From a bacterium (GTDB lineage: Bacteria > Zhuqueibacterota > Zhuqueibacteria > Zhuqueibacterales > Zhuqueibacteraceae): a DNA stretch of 11,686 bases. The notes below the pieces were generated by a model, which worked only from the letters and a program-made list of their open reading frames with translations, was not told where the DNA came from and searched no databases. The stretch covers positions 1 to 11,686 of the forward strand of contig JBIOXB010000246.1 in assembly GCA_044869275.1 (NCBI GenBank), given 5' to 3'. Below are positions 1 to 6,913 of the stretch, piece after piece; positions within the stretch are counted from its first letter, which is position 1, and each line of letters starts with the position of its first letter. The translations under genes were made by a program, and so were the position numbers.

Positions 1-50
1 AGTATGCGGCGTTTTTTTCTATATCGCTCAGTAGAAACATGAGGATTTGC

Positions 51-66
51 TGGCACGCCGTTTGAA
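51..66 (+). promoter_or_regulatory. Putative sigma54-type (-24/-12) promoter for the lipoprotein gene
   Basis: TGGCAC-GCCGT-TTGAA matches the TGGCAC-N5-TTGCW consensus with correct spacing, except for C>A in the -12 box; lies ~100 nt upstream of ATG 164. Confidence 0.45.
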
Positions 67-163
67 GACTTTGGGCACGGCCAAATCAGAAGGGAGAAGT
101 GATGCGTTGGGGCCGCGCGACTCTGCGTGGTCTCATTTTACCTAAAACTTTTTTGGAGGCCTT

Positions 164-976
164 ATGGCTCGAGTTCAGTTTTTGGGAAGAGGGCTGGCAT
201 TCATCACGTTTGCGCTTCTGTTCATCATCAACGGCTGCAACAATTCGCCCACAGGGTCGAATGGCGGCCGCGTCTCGCTCACCGTCAGAAATTTCTCGAC
301 GCCGACGGCGACGATGCTGTCCAAGGCAGCCGCGGTGATGGCTGTCGATTCGATCCAGATCACCAGAGCGCGTTTGGTGGTGAATAGTATCGATTTTGAA
401 GGAGGGGACGAGCAATCAGACAACGATGACATGGAGTTTATGACGGCACCGGTGGTGGTCCAGCTGAGCATGACCGACACCATCCAATCCATTGCGATCG
501 CCAACATTCCGAACGGCTCCTATTCTGAAATTGAAATCGAGATCAGCACCGTTTCAGATTCCGATCTTGCCGTTCTGTCTCCGGCGGATCGTGCCCCCTT
601 TGCTGATTTCATCGCCGGACCGCGCTACAGTGTGATTATTGAAGGCATGGTGTATCAGAACGGCATGGCGCCGCAGCCCTTCGTGTTCAATAGCGCCATT
701 TACGCCGAGCAGGAGTACGACCTGAATCCGCCGCTGGTCGTGTCCGCCGATAACCCCACGGCGAATGTCACCTTGGCCATTTATTCCTCCAACTGGTTCC
801 TCGGGCCGAACGGCATTTTGCTCGATCCCACCGTTCCCGCGAACAGAACCGCGATCGAAAGTAATCTCAAACGGTCCATCTCGATGTATGAAGATGATGA
901 TCGCGACGGGGATGATGACGACGGAGACATTGATGATGGTGACGATGGAGATGATGATGGAGATGGAGGCCGGTAA
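164..976 (+). CDS. Secreted lipoprotein of unknown function (possibly DUF4382-like), with Asp/Gly-rich C-terminal tail
   Basis: GGAGG at 155-159 before ATG 164. N-terminus MARVQFLGRGLAFITFALLFIING-C has basic residues, a hydrophobic stretch and a lipobox-like Cys, then a Ser/Gly/Asn linker. Tail is EDDDRDGDDDDGDIDDGDDGDDDGDGGR. The family assignment is a guess. Confidence 0.8.
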   Translation: MARVQFLGRGLAFITFALLFIINGCNNSPTGSNGGRVSLTVRNFSTPTATMLSKAAAVMAVDSIQITRARLVVNSIDFEGGDEQSDNDDMEFMTAPVVVQLSMTDTIQSIAIANIPNGSYSEIEIEISTVSDSDLAVLSPADRAPFADFIAGPRYSVIIEGMVYQNGMAPQPFVFNSAIYAEQEYDLNPPLVVSADNPTANVTLAIYSSNWFLGPNGILLDPTVPANRTAIESNLKRSISMYEDDDRDGDDDDGDIDDGDDGDDDGDGGR

Positions 977-1003
977 CGGCAGGCGATCGTTGTACCCTTA
1001 AGC

Positions 1004-1099
1004 AAAAACTCAAAATCCAAAGCTCAGAATTCAAAACCACTTTTGAATTTTGTGTTTTGGATTTTGAGTTTTGGATGTTGGGCTTCCGGCTTGGGTTAG
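1004..1099. repeat. Heptamer-based palindromic repeat, copy 1
   Basis: CAAARNN-type units (caaaatc, caaagct, cagaatt), loop ccac (1037-1040), then TTTTGNN units x6 (1041-1082). The 32-bp stem (1005-1036/1041-1072) has 2 G-U pairs and 1 mismatch on +. Tail gggcttccggcttg. Confidence 0.9.
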
Positions 1100-1128
1100 T
1101 CCATAACAGGTGAAATCCGTGCTTTTTT

Positions 1129-1227
1129 AGCACAAAAGTTCAAACCCCAAAACTCAAAATCACCTTTGGATTTTGTGCTTTGGATTTTGTGTTTTGCATT
1201 TTGGGTTTCCGGTTTGTACGGCTTATG
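1129..1227. repeat. Heptamer-based palindromic repeat, copy 2
   Basis: caaaccc caaaact caaaatc, then ctttgga ttttgtg ctttgga ttttgtg ttttgca ttttggg (1164-1205). Tail gggtttccggtttg at 1203-1216 lies 123 bp after the matching tail of copy 1. Confidence 0.85.
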
Positions 1228-1235
1228 CCATTCGT

Positions 1236-1272
1236 AAATAAAAAGGGCCTCGTCTCCAAGGAGACAAGGCCC
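1236..1272 (-). terminator. Rho-independent terminator of the minus-strand small transcript
   Basis: Minus strand reads GGGCCUUGUCUCC-UU-GGAGACGAGGCCC-UUUUUAUUU: GC-rich stem containing a U-G pair (a C-A mismatch on +), directly followed by a U tract. Confidence 0.85.
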
Positions 1273-1304
1273 AACTTGCTTCCGGGAGCCGCCGCAGCGA
1301 GCTG

Positions 1305-1364
1305 CTAGCAAACGCCACCGGAGGCTCCCATGGATTTATTTAGAATGGGATCACCTCCTTTCAT
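1305..1364 (-). CDS. Possible 19-aa mini-ORF MKGGDPILNKSMGASGGVC; alternative in-frame starts ATT at 1346 or ATG at 1331
   Basis: ATG AAA GGA GGT GAT CCC ATT CTA AAT AAA TCC ATG GGA GCC TCC GGT GGC GTT TGC TAG read from 1364 to 1305. Whether it is translated is unproven. Confidence 0.3.
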   Translation of the reverse strand: MKGGDPILNKSMGASGGVC

Positions 1365-1431
1365 CAGGGCCTCGCGTGACGCGCAGAAAATCTCCCTGAC
1401 AAATTTCCCGCGCAGCGTGAATTACCCGCCA

Positions 1432-1460
1432 AACCTACCACAAAATTTTGACAAAGTCAA
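1432..1460 (-). promoter_or_regulatory. sigma70-type promoter for the minus-strand small transcript
   Basis: TTGACT (1460-1455), 17-nt spacer, TAGGTT (1437-1432) preceded by an extended -10 TG-n; predicted start ~1425. Confidence 0.65.
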
Positions 1461-1549
1461 TAATAGGATTCTATTTTCTGCCGAAACTGTACGCGACCGG
1501 ATGATTTCAACTGTAATGATTCGGTTTTGTCGGGAGGAAAATTTTTTGA

Positions 1550-1578
1550 TTGTAATCTTGCCATTTTCAGATTAAAAT
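1550..1578 (+). promoter_or_regulatory. sigma70-type promoter for sucA/kgd
   Basis: TTGTAA (1550-1555), 17-nt spacer, TAAAAT (1573-1578), ~60 nt upstream of ATG 1638. Confidence 0.6.
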
Positions 1579-1637
1579 GACGTTGTTAGCTTCTGCAAGC
1601 AACCGTTTTCCTTAATAAACAACCTCAGAACGAAACC

Positions 1638-4600
1638 ATGTCCGAAATCGTCGAAACGCCAAAGGCCTTCGGGCCCAATGCTTGGTTGATAGAAGAAATG
1701 TTCCGCCAATATCGCGAGAATCCCGGTGCTTTGAGCGAAAGCTGGCGCGATTTTTTTGCCGATTATCGCCCGCTTGGCATGCCGGAAGAAACCGTGACCG
1801 TCCCGGCAGTGCCGGCGTCCCAGCCACGGCTGGAGCAAAAAGAAAATGGGCATGCCACGGCCATTCCACCGGGTGCGGTGGCGCTCAAGGGCGGCTTCGT
1901 GCGCATTGTGGAAAACATGGAACGCAGCTTGAGCATTCCAACGGCAACCTCCGTGCGCACGATGCCAGTTAAAATCCTGGAAGAGAACCGCCGCGTCATT
2001 AACCAATATCTTGCCGACACCACTGGCGCGAAAATGAGCTTCACCCACATCATCGCCTGGGCCGTCGTGAAAGCTTTGCAGGCCATGCCGGTGATGAAGA
2101 CTTCTTTTTTGCAAGTGAACGGCACACCTTACAAAGTCATGCCCGAGCACATCAACTTTGGCCTGGCGGTGGACGTCGAGCGCAAAGACGGAACGCGGAG
2201 CTTGATGGTGCCCAACATCAAAAAAGCGGACACCCTCGATTTCAGCGGTTTTTTTGCAGCCTATAATGACATCATTCGCAAAGTGTTTACGAATCAAGTC
2301 CAGCCTGGAGATTTTGCCGACACCACGGTGACGCTGACGAACCCCGGCACGATTGGCACGTTGCATTCCGTGCCGCGCTTGATGCCCTCGCAAGGCTTGA
2401 TCGTGGCGACCGGTGCGATCGATTACCCGCCGGAGTATCAATCCGCCGATCCGCACACCATTGCACGGCTGGGGATCAGCAAAGTGATGACCGTGACCAG
2501 CACCTACGACCATCGCGTGATTCAAGGCGCGGAAAGCGGCATGTTTCTGCGCGTCCTGCATCGGCTCCTGCAGGGCGAGGAGAATTTCTACGATGAGATC
2601 TTCGCCAGCATGAAGATTCCTTACGAGCCGGTGCGCCACACCCGCGACGTGAATCCGGTGTTCGATGGCGTCAGCTCGCAGGAAGCCTCGATTGAAAAGC
2701 AGGCGCACGTGTTGCAATTGATCAATATGTATCGCGTGCGCGGACATTTGATCGCCAACACCAATCCCTTGCGCCTGGAAGTGCCGACACACGCCGAGCT
2801 CGACCCGTCGCGTTATGGCTTGACGGTGTGGGATTACGACCGCGAATTCATCACCGACGGCCTGGCCGGCAAACGGCGCGCGACCCTGCGCGAGATTCTG
2901 GACATTCTGCGCGAAGCTTATTGCGGCACGATCGGCGTCGAGTATATGTTCATTCAAGAACCGGAACAAAAAGCCTGGATTCAACAGCGCGTCGAGGGCG
3001 TGCCGCGCGCCAAGTGGCTGAATGCGGATATGAAGCAACGCCTGCTGGCAAAACTGAACGCCGCAGAAGCCTTCGAAAAATTCCTGCAGACCAAATATGT
3101 CGGCCAAAAACGCTTCGGCCTGGAGGGCGCGGAATCGGCGATTCCCATGCTCGATATTTTGCTGCAGCGCGGCGCCGAGGCCGGCATGGAGGAAGTGGTG
3201 ATGGGCATGGCCCATCGCGGCCGCTTGAACGTGCTCGCCAATATTCTGAACAAAACTTACGAGCAAATTTTCCTGCGCTTCGAGGACAATCCCGACCCCA
3301 ACAGTCGCGAAGGCACGGGCGACGTGAAGTACCATCTCGGCGCGACCGGTGTCTTCGCTGCGCCGCATGGGCAAAAGCTGCAAGTTGCGCTTGCGCCGAA
3401 TCCCAGCCATCTCGAGGCGGTCGATCCCGTGGTCGAGGGCATGGTGCGCGCGAAGCAGGAGATGCGCGGCGATGCTTTGCGCGAGCGCATCATGGCCGTG
3501 CTCATACACGGGGACGCGGCCTTTGCCGGACAGGGAGTGGTGGCGGAAACGCTGAACCTCAGCGCTTTATCCGGCTATCGCACTGGGGGCACGGTGCATT
3601 TGGTGGTGAATAATGGCATCGGCTTCACCACCGCACCCGCAGATGCGCGTTCGAGCGTGTATGCCACCGACGTGGCTAAAATGGTGCAAGCGCCGATCTT
3701 TCACGTGAACGGGAATGATCCCGAAGCCTGCTTGCGCGTGATGGAGCTGGCGTTTGCGTTCCGGCAGCAATTCAAAAAAGACGTCGTGGTGGATTTGGTC
3801 TGTTACCGCCGCCACGGCCACAATGAAAGCGACGAACCCAGCTACACGCAGCCCATTATGTACGGGCGCATCCGTGACATGCGCTCGGTGCGCAAATTGT
3901 ATACGGAACTTCTCGTGCGTCGCGGTGAATTGACCAAGGAACAAGCCGAAGCAACGCTCGAGGAGTATCAAAAAATTCTCGAAACTGCTTTTGAGGCCAC
4001 GCAGGAAAACCTCACGATCACGGCCGCGTTGCCGAAAGAGCCGCCGCTGGACAAGGTGTGGCCGATGATTCCGACCGGCGTGCCGCGCGCGGTGCTCGAG
4101 GAGATTGCGCATGCCTTGACCAGTTTTCCCATGGAATTCAAGCCGCATCCCAAATTGGCGAAACAGCTCGCCAGCCGCGCTTCCATGCTCGACGAAGACG
4201 AAGTAGATTGGGGCATGGCCGAAGCGCTGGCGATCGGTTCTCTGCTGCTCGAAGGAAAGCCCGTGCGCATCTCGGGACAGGATTCGCAGCGCGGCACGTT
4301 CAGCCACCGGCACGCCGTGCTGGTGGATTATCATACCGAAAAGGAATACACGCCGCTCAATCACGTTCGCCCGGAACAAGCGCAGTTGATGATTTACGAC
4401 AGCCTACTCAGCGAATATGCCGTGCTCGGCTTTGATTACGGTTATTCCGTGGCAAACCAAGAGGCCTTGGTGATGTGGGAGGCGCAGTTCGGCGATTTTA
4501 TGAATGGCGCACAAATCATCATCGATCAATTCATATCTTCGGCGGAAGACAAATGGGGACAGGTGAGTGGCTTGACCATGCTGCTGCCGCACGGCTTCGA

Positions 4601-5228
4601 AGGCCAAGGCCCGGAGCACTCCAGCGCGCGCTTGGAAAGATTCCTCACTTTATGCGCAGAGGAAAACATGCGCGTCACAGTTCCCAGCACTGCGGCGCAA
4701 TATTTTCACCTGCTGCGCAGCCAGATGCATGCCGGCGTGCTGAAGCCATTAATCGTGATGACGCCCAAGAGCTTGCTGCGCGCACAACAAGCAAAAAGCC
4801 CGGCGCAGGATTTTATCGAAGGCGGATTTCACGTCTTGTTGGACGATCCCCTGCCCGCCGCCGGCGTGCGCCGCATCTTGATGTGCTCGGGTAAAATCGG
4901 CTTTGATCTGATGGAATATCGACAGCAAAACCATATCGAGGATACGGCGATCATTCGCCTCGAGCAGCTTTACCCGTTCCCGTTCGAAGGCCTGAGAGAA
5001 ATTTTCGCGCGCTATCCCCAAGCGCATGATTTGCGCTGGGTGCAGGAAGAGCCGCGCAACATGGGCGCCTGGAGCTTCGTGCGCGCGCGCTTGCGTTACG
5101 TCGCCGCGGAGCATTATCCCATTTCCTACGTCGGCCGCATGCCCAGCGGCAGCCCGGCCACCGGCAGCCAGCGCATTCACCAGCTGGAACAGGAACATAT
5201 CGTAAAGCAGGCCTTTGCAGCACTGTGA
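1638..5228 (+). CDS. sucA: Multifunctional 2-oxoglutarate dehydrogenase/decarboxylase with a fused succinyltransferase (E2) catalytic domain and E1 (Kgd/OdhA type)
   Basis: 1196 aa. N-terminal FGPNAWLIEEMFRQY..P..LSESWRDFF motif; acyltransferase domain with TSTYDHRVIQGAESG; E1o motifs GQKRFGLEG, GMAHRGRLNVL, GDVKYHLG, HGDAAFAGQG...NN (ThDP), RRHGHNESDEP, WEAQFGDF, LLPHGFEGQGPEHSSAR, WVQEEPRNMGAW. Confidence 0.97.
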   Translation: MSEIVETPKAFGPNAWLIEEMFRQYRENPGALSESWRDFFADYRPLGMPEETVTVPAVPASQPRLEQKENGHATAIPPGAVALKGGFVRIVENMERSLSIPTATSVRTMPVKILEENRRVINQYLADTTGAKMSFTHIIAWAVVKALQAMPVMKTSFLQVNGTPYKVMPEHINFGLAVDVERKDGTRSLMVPNIKKADTLDFSGFFAAYNDIIRKVFTNQVQPGDFADTTVTLTNPGTIGTLHSVPRLMPSQGLIVATGAIDYPPEYQSADPHTIARLGISKVMTVTSTYDHRVIQGAESGMFLRVLHRLLQGEENFYDEIFASMKIPYEPVRHTRDVNPVFDGVSSQEASIEKQAHVLQLINMYRVRGHLIANTNPLRLEVPTHAELDPSRYGLTVWDYDREFITDGLAGKRRATLREILDILREAYCGTIGVEYMFIQEPEQKAWIQQRVEGVPRAKWLNADMKQRLLAKLNAAEAFEKFLQTKYVGQKRFGLEGAESAIPMLDILLQRGAEAGMEEVVMGMAHRGRLNVLANILNKTYEQIFLRFEDNPDPNSREGTGDVKYHLGATGVFAAPHGQKLQVALAPNPSHLEAVDPVVEGMVRAKQEMRGDALRERIMAVLIHGDAAFAGQGVVAETLNLSALSGYRTGGTVHLVVNNGIGFTTAPADARSSVYATDVAKMVQAPIFHVNGNDPEACLRVMELAFAFRQQFKKDVVVDLVCYRRHGHNESDEPSYTQPIMYGRIRDMRSVRKLYTELLVRRGELTKEQAEATLEEYQKILETAFEATQENLTITAALPKEPPLDKVWPMIPTGVPRAVLEEIAHALTSFPMEFKPHPKLAKQLASRASMLDEDEVDWGMAEALAIGSLLLEGKPVRISGQDSQRGTFSHRHAVLVDYHTEKEYTPLNHVRPEQAQLMIYDSLLSEYAVLGFDYGYSVANQEALVMWEAQFGDFMNGAQIIIDQFISSAEDKWGQVSGLTMLLPHGFEGQGPEHSSARLERFLTLCAEENMRVTVPSTAAQYFHLLRSQMHAGVLKPLIVMTPKSLLRAQQAKSPAQDFIEGGFHVLLDDPLPAAGVRRILMCSGKIGFDLMEYRQQNHIEDTAIIRLEQLYPFPFEGLREIFARYPQAHDLRWVQEEPRNMGAWSFVRARLRYVAAEHYPISYVGRMPSGSPATGSQRIHQLEQEHIVKQAFAAL

Positions 5229-5270
5229 TTGTGGGATGATTCGCTCGCATAGCCTTCAAGTCATTCTGGA

Positions 5271-5398
5271 AGAATCAGACTGTGTGAAAATTTGAGAATG
5301 CCGCACCCTAAGCTTGTCGAAGGGTGCGAAGTTGCAAAATTCGGCTTCGACAAGCTCGGCTTGCGTTGAAGCCAAGCGTTTTCTCACAGCCTGAATCT
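5271..5398. mobile_element. MITE-like element with terminal inverted repeats and an internal REP-like palindrome
   Basis: agaatcagactgtgtgaaaa (5271-5290) matches the reverse complement of 5379-5398 (agattcaggctgtgagaaaa) at 17/20. Internal perfect 12-bp IR agcttgtcgaag (5311-5322)/cttcgacaagct (5345-5356). No transposase gene. Confidence 0.6.
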
Positions 5399-5498
5399 TT
5401 TTCAGCGACAAGCACTGATTTGAAAAAGATCTGTGAAGAGGAAGCTTGTCAAACGTTGACATTTCCCTCAGGCTTTCGCAAAAGAGGAGGTGAAACAA

Positions 5499-6350
5499 AT
5501 GCCGGACGATGACAACAAAGCAAGAATAAGCAAGTGGGAGTTGTTTAGGACCTTTACGACCTTTATCTCTTCGGTCATGATTGCGGGGGTCGGTCTTTAT
5601 GCAACCCGGCAATACAATTCCAGTCAATTGGAGATCTCGCGGAATAAAGAACTGACGGCTCTCATACCCAAGCTCGGAGAATCGGATGCCAAAGTCCGTC
5701 AGTTCAGCGCTATTGCGCTCGCGCTCTATGGGAACCATGCCATTCCCGCGTTACTACCCACGCTTTCGGATGTGGACCCGGAAGTACGAATGGCTGGAGT
5801 ACAATCCCTCAGTTTAATTGGCGGCGACGAGGTCATAGGCGCATTAACGCAAGCCTACAAGGATCGACGCAATAATATCAATTTGAGGTGTACGGCATTG
5901 TATACTTTGGGCTTCATGCGCGCCCCGAAAACTTACGATCTGGCCGTCTCGGCATTGGAGAATCCCCGGGAGAATCCGGATGTTCGTAAAGACGCCGTTA
6001 CAGCTTTGGGATTCTTGGGAGAAAGGCGGGCTACTGGAAAGCTCCTCTCCGCACTCAGAAAAAGCGTGGACCGGGACGTATATCTCACTTCCAATGTCTT
6101 TTTCGCTTTAGGGCAAATTGAAGACTCCGCCATAGCGGACAGCTTGATTCGACTGGGTTTGTTGGATCACCCCGAGGAAAACATACGTTATCAAACTGTG
6201 CTAGCCCTCATGAATGTCGGCAATGAAAGAATGACAATAGACAATGAAACCTTGGTCAATATTCTCGCCCGCGTCGAAACCCATGATGAGAGTGAAAAGG
6301 TTCGCCAAGCGGCGCGGGACGCCTCGGGCTGGATTAAGCGTAAAGGCTAA
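5499..6350 (+). CDS. HEAT-repeat (PBS-lyase HEAT-like) protein with an N-terminal transmembrane helix
   Basis: Strong SD GAGGAGGTGA (5484-5493) favours ATG 5499 over the track's GTG 5490, which lies inside the SD. Hydrophobic segment TFTTFISSVMIAGVGLYAT; repeats VRQFSAIALALYG..AIPALLPTLSDVDPEVRMAGVQSLSLIG, VRKDAVTALGFLG, IRYQTVLALMNVG, VRQAARDA. Confidence 0.85.
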   Translation: MPDDDNKARISKWELFRTFTTFISSVMIAGVGLYATRQYNSSQLEISRNKELTALIPKLGESDAKVRQFSAIALALYGNHAIPALLPTLSDVDPEVRMAGVQSLSLIGGDEVIGALTQAYKDRRNNINLRCTALYTLGFMRAPKTYDLAVSALENPRENPDVRKDAVTALGFLGERRATGKLLSALRKSVDRDVYLTSNVFFALGQIEDSAIADSLIRLGLLDHPEENIRYQTVLALMNVGNERMTIDNETLVNILARVETHDESEKVRQAARDASGWIKRKG

Positions 6351-6360
6351 AGAGATGAGA

Positions 6361-6795
6361 ATGGCAGAATCGAATGTCTGGACCTTCTTTTACGGCTCTT
6401 ACATGAATTTCGATGTTCTCAAAGCGGTCGATTTCGTGCCCGCGCAGTGGGAAGTGGTCAAAGTGAACGGCTTCGATATTCGCATCCAGCCGCGCGCGAA
6501 TCTGGTTCGATCTGATCAACATTGCGTCTATGGCATTGCCGCGACCGCCACCCATTCCGAGCTGGCACGGCTTTATGCACACGCCAAAGACGTTCTGGGA
6601 GAAATATATCTTCCTGAAGCTGTTTTGGTTGAATCTTTGGAAGGCAAGTGGCGGCCGGCATTGTGTTACATTTGTGCGGAAATGAATCCTCGCCCGGCTG
6701 CAGACGAATACCTCGACCGCATTCTCAAACCGGCCCGCGAGTTTGGTTTTCCAGATTGGTATATTGCCCGTCTGGAGAGTTTTCGGCCACATTAG
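6361..6795 (+). CDS. Gamma-glutamylcyclotransferase (GGCT/AIG2-like) family protein
   Basis: N-terminal TFFYGSYM motif, ANLV...VYG, and C-terminal P..EYLDRILKPAREFGFPDWYIARLE are typical of the fold. Real start is probably ATG 6355 or 6361, just after the HEAT stop at 6350, rather than 6244. Confidence 0.8.
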   Translation: MAESNVWTFFYGSYMNFDVLKAVDFVPAQWEVVKVNGFDIRIQPRANLVRSDQHCVYGIAATATHSELARLYAHAKDVLGEIYLPEAVLVESLEGKWRPALCYICAEMNPRPAADEYLDRILKPAREFGFPDWYIARLESFRPH

Positions 6796-6913
6796 AACTA
6801 TTGCTCTCCTGCAACATTTTTACCCAAACCCCGCCGTCTGTCCGTATTTTCCCCGCGTTGTGGACAAGCTTCTCTCGCGGCTCCCAACGCATTTCATGGA
6901 CACGATATTCTTC

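Larger units (their letters stand above)
1236..1425 (-). ncRNA. Putative ~190-nt structured small RNA or mini-ORF transcript with an extended Shine-Dalgarno motif
   Basis: Bounded by a promoter (1432-1460) and a terminator (1236-1272). The 13-bp 5' hairpin (1381-1413) has three G-U pairs valid only on the minus strand. GAAAGGAGGUGAUCC at 1362-1348. Second hairpin GGGAGCC/GGCUCCC at 1329-1284. Confidence 0.65.

Noticed and set aside
1..20. Terminator of an upstream gene (gcggcg followed by a T run)
   Set aside because: The left arm would lie outside the window, so it cannot be confirmed.
1004..1227. CRISPR array, or coding ORFs 867-1133 and 1096-1311
   Set aside because: No identical repeats with unique spacers and no cas genes; the ORFs are low-complexity translations of the heptamers.
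1340..1365. 16S rRNA gene fragment (GGATCACCTCCTTTC on +)
   Set aside because: The match is limited to 15 nt; the helix 45 sequence that precedes it in 16S (GTAACAAGGTAGCCGTA...GCGGCT) is absent, and strand evidence favours the complementary reading.
1330..1370. Hammerhead ribozyme (CUGAUGA on the minus strand)
   Set aside because: No stem II followed by GAAA and no stem III/UH arrangement could be built.
1236..1425. 6S RNA (similar size)
   Set aside because: The 5' and 3' ends do not pair into one long rod with a central bubble; the region folds as separate local hairpins.
1572..5198. Long antisense ORFs (1572-3509, 3567-4379, 4749-5198)
   Set aside because: They are shadows of the codon-biased sucA frame, with no recognisable motifs or translation signals.
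5456..5485. Promoter at TTGACA before the HEAT gene
   Set aside because: No plausible -10 box at 16-18 nt spacing.
6244..6354. N-terminal extension of the GGCT ORF
   Set aside because: It overlaps the HEAT gene by over 100 nt; the family motif begins just after Met 6361.
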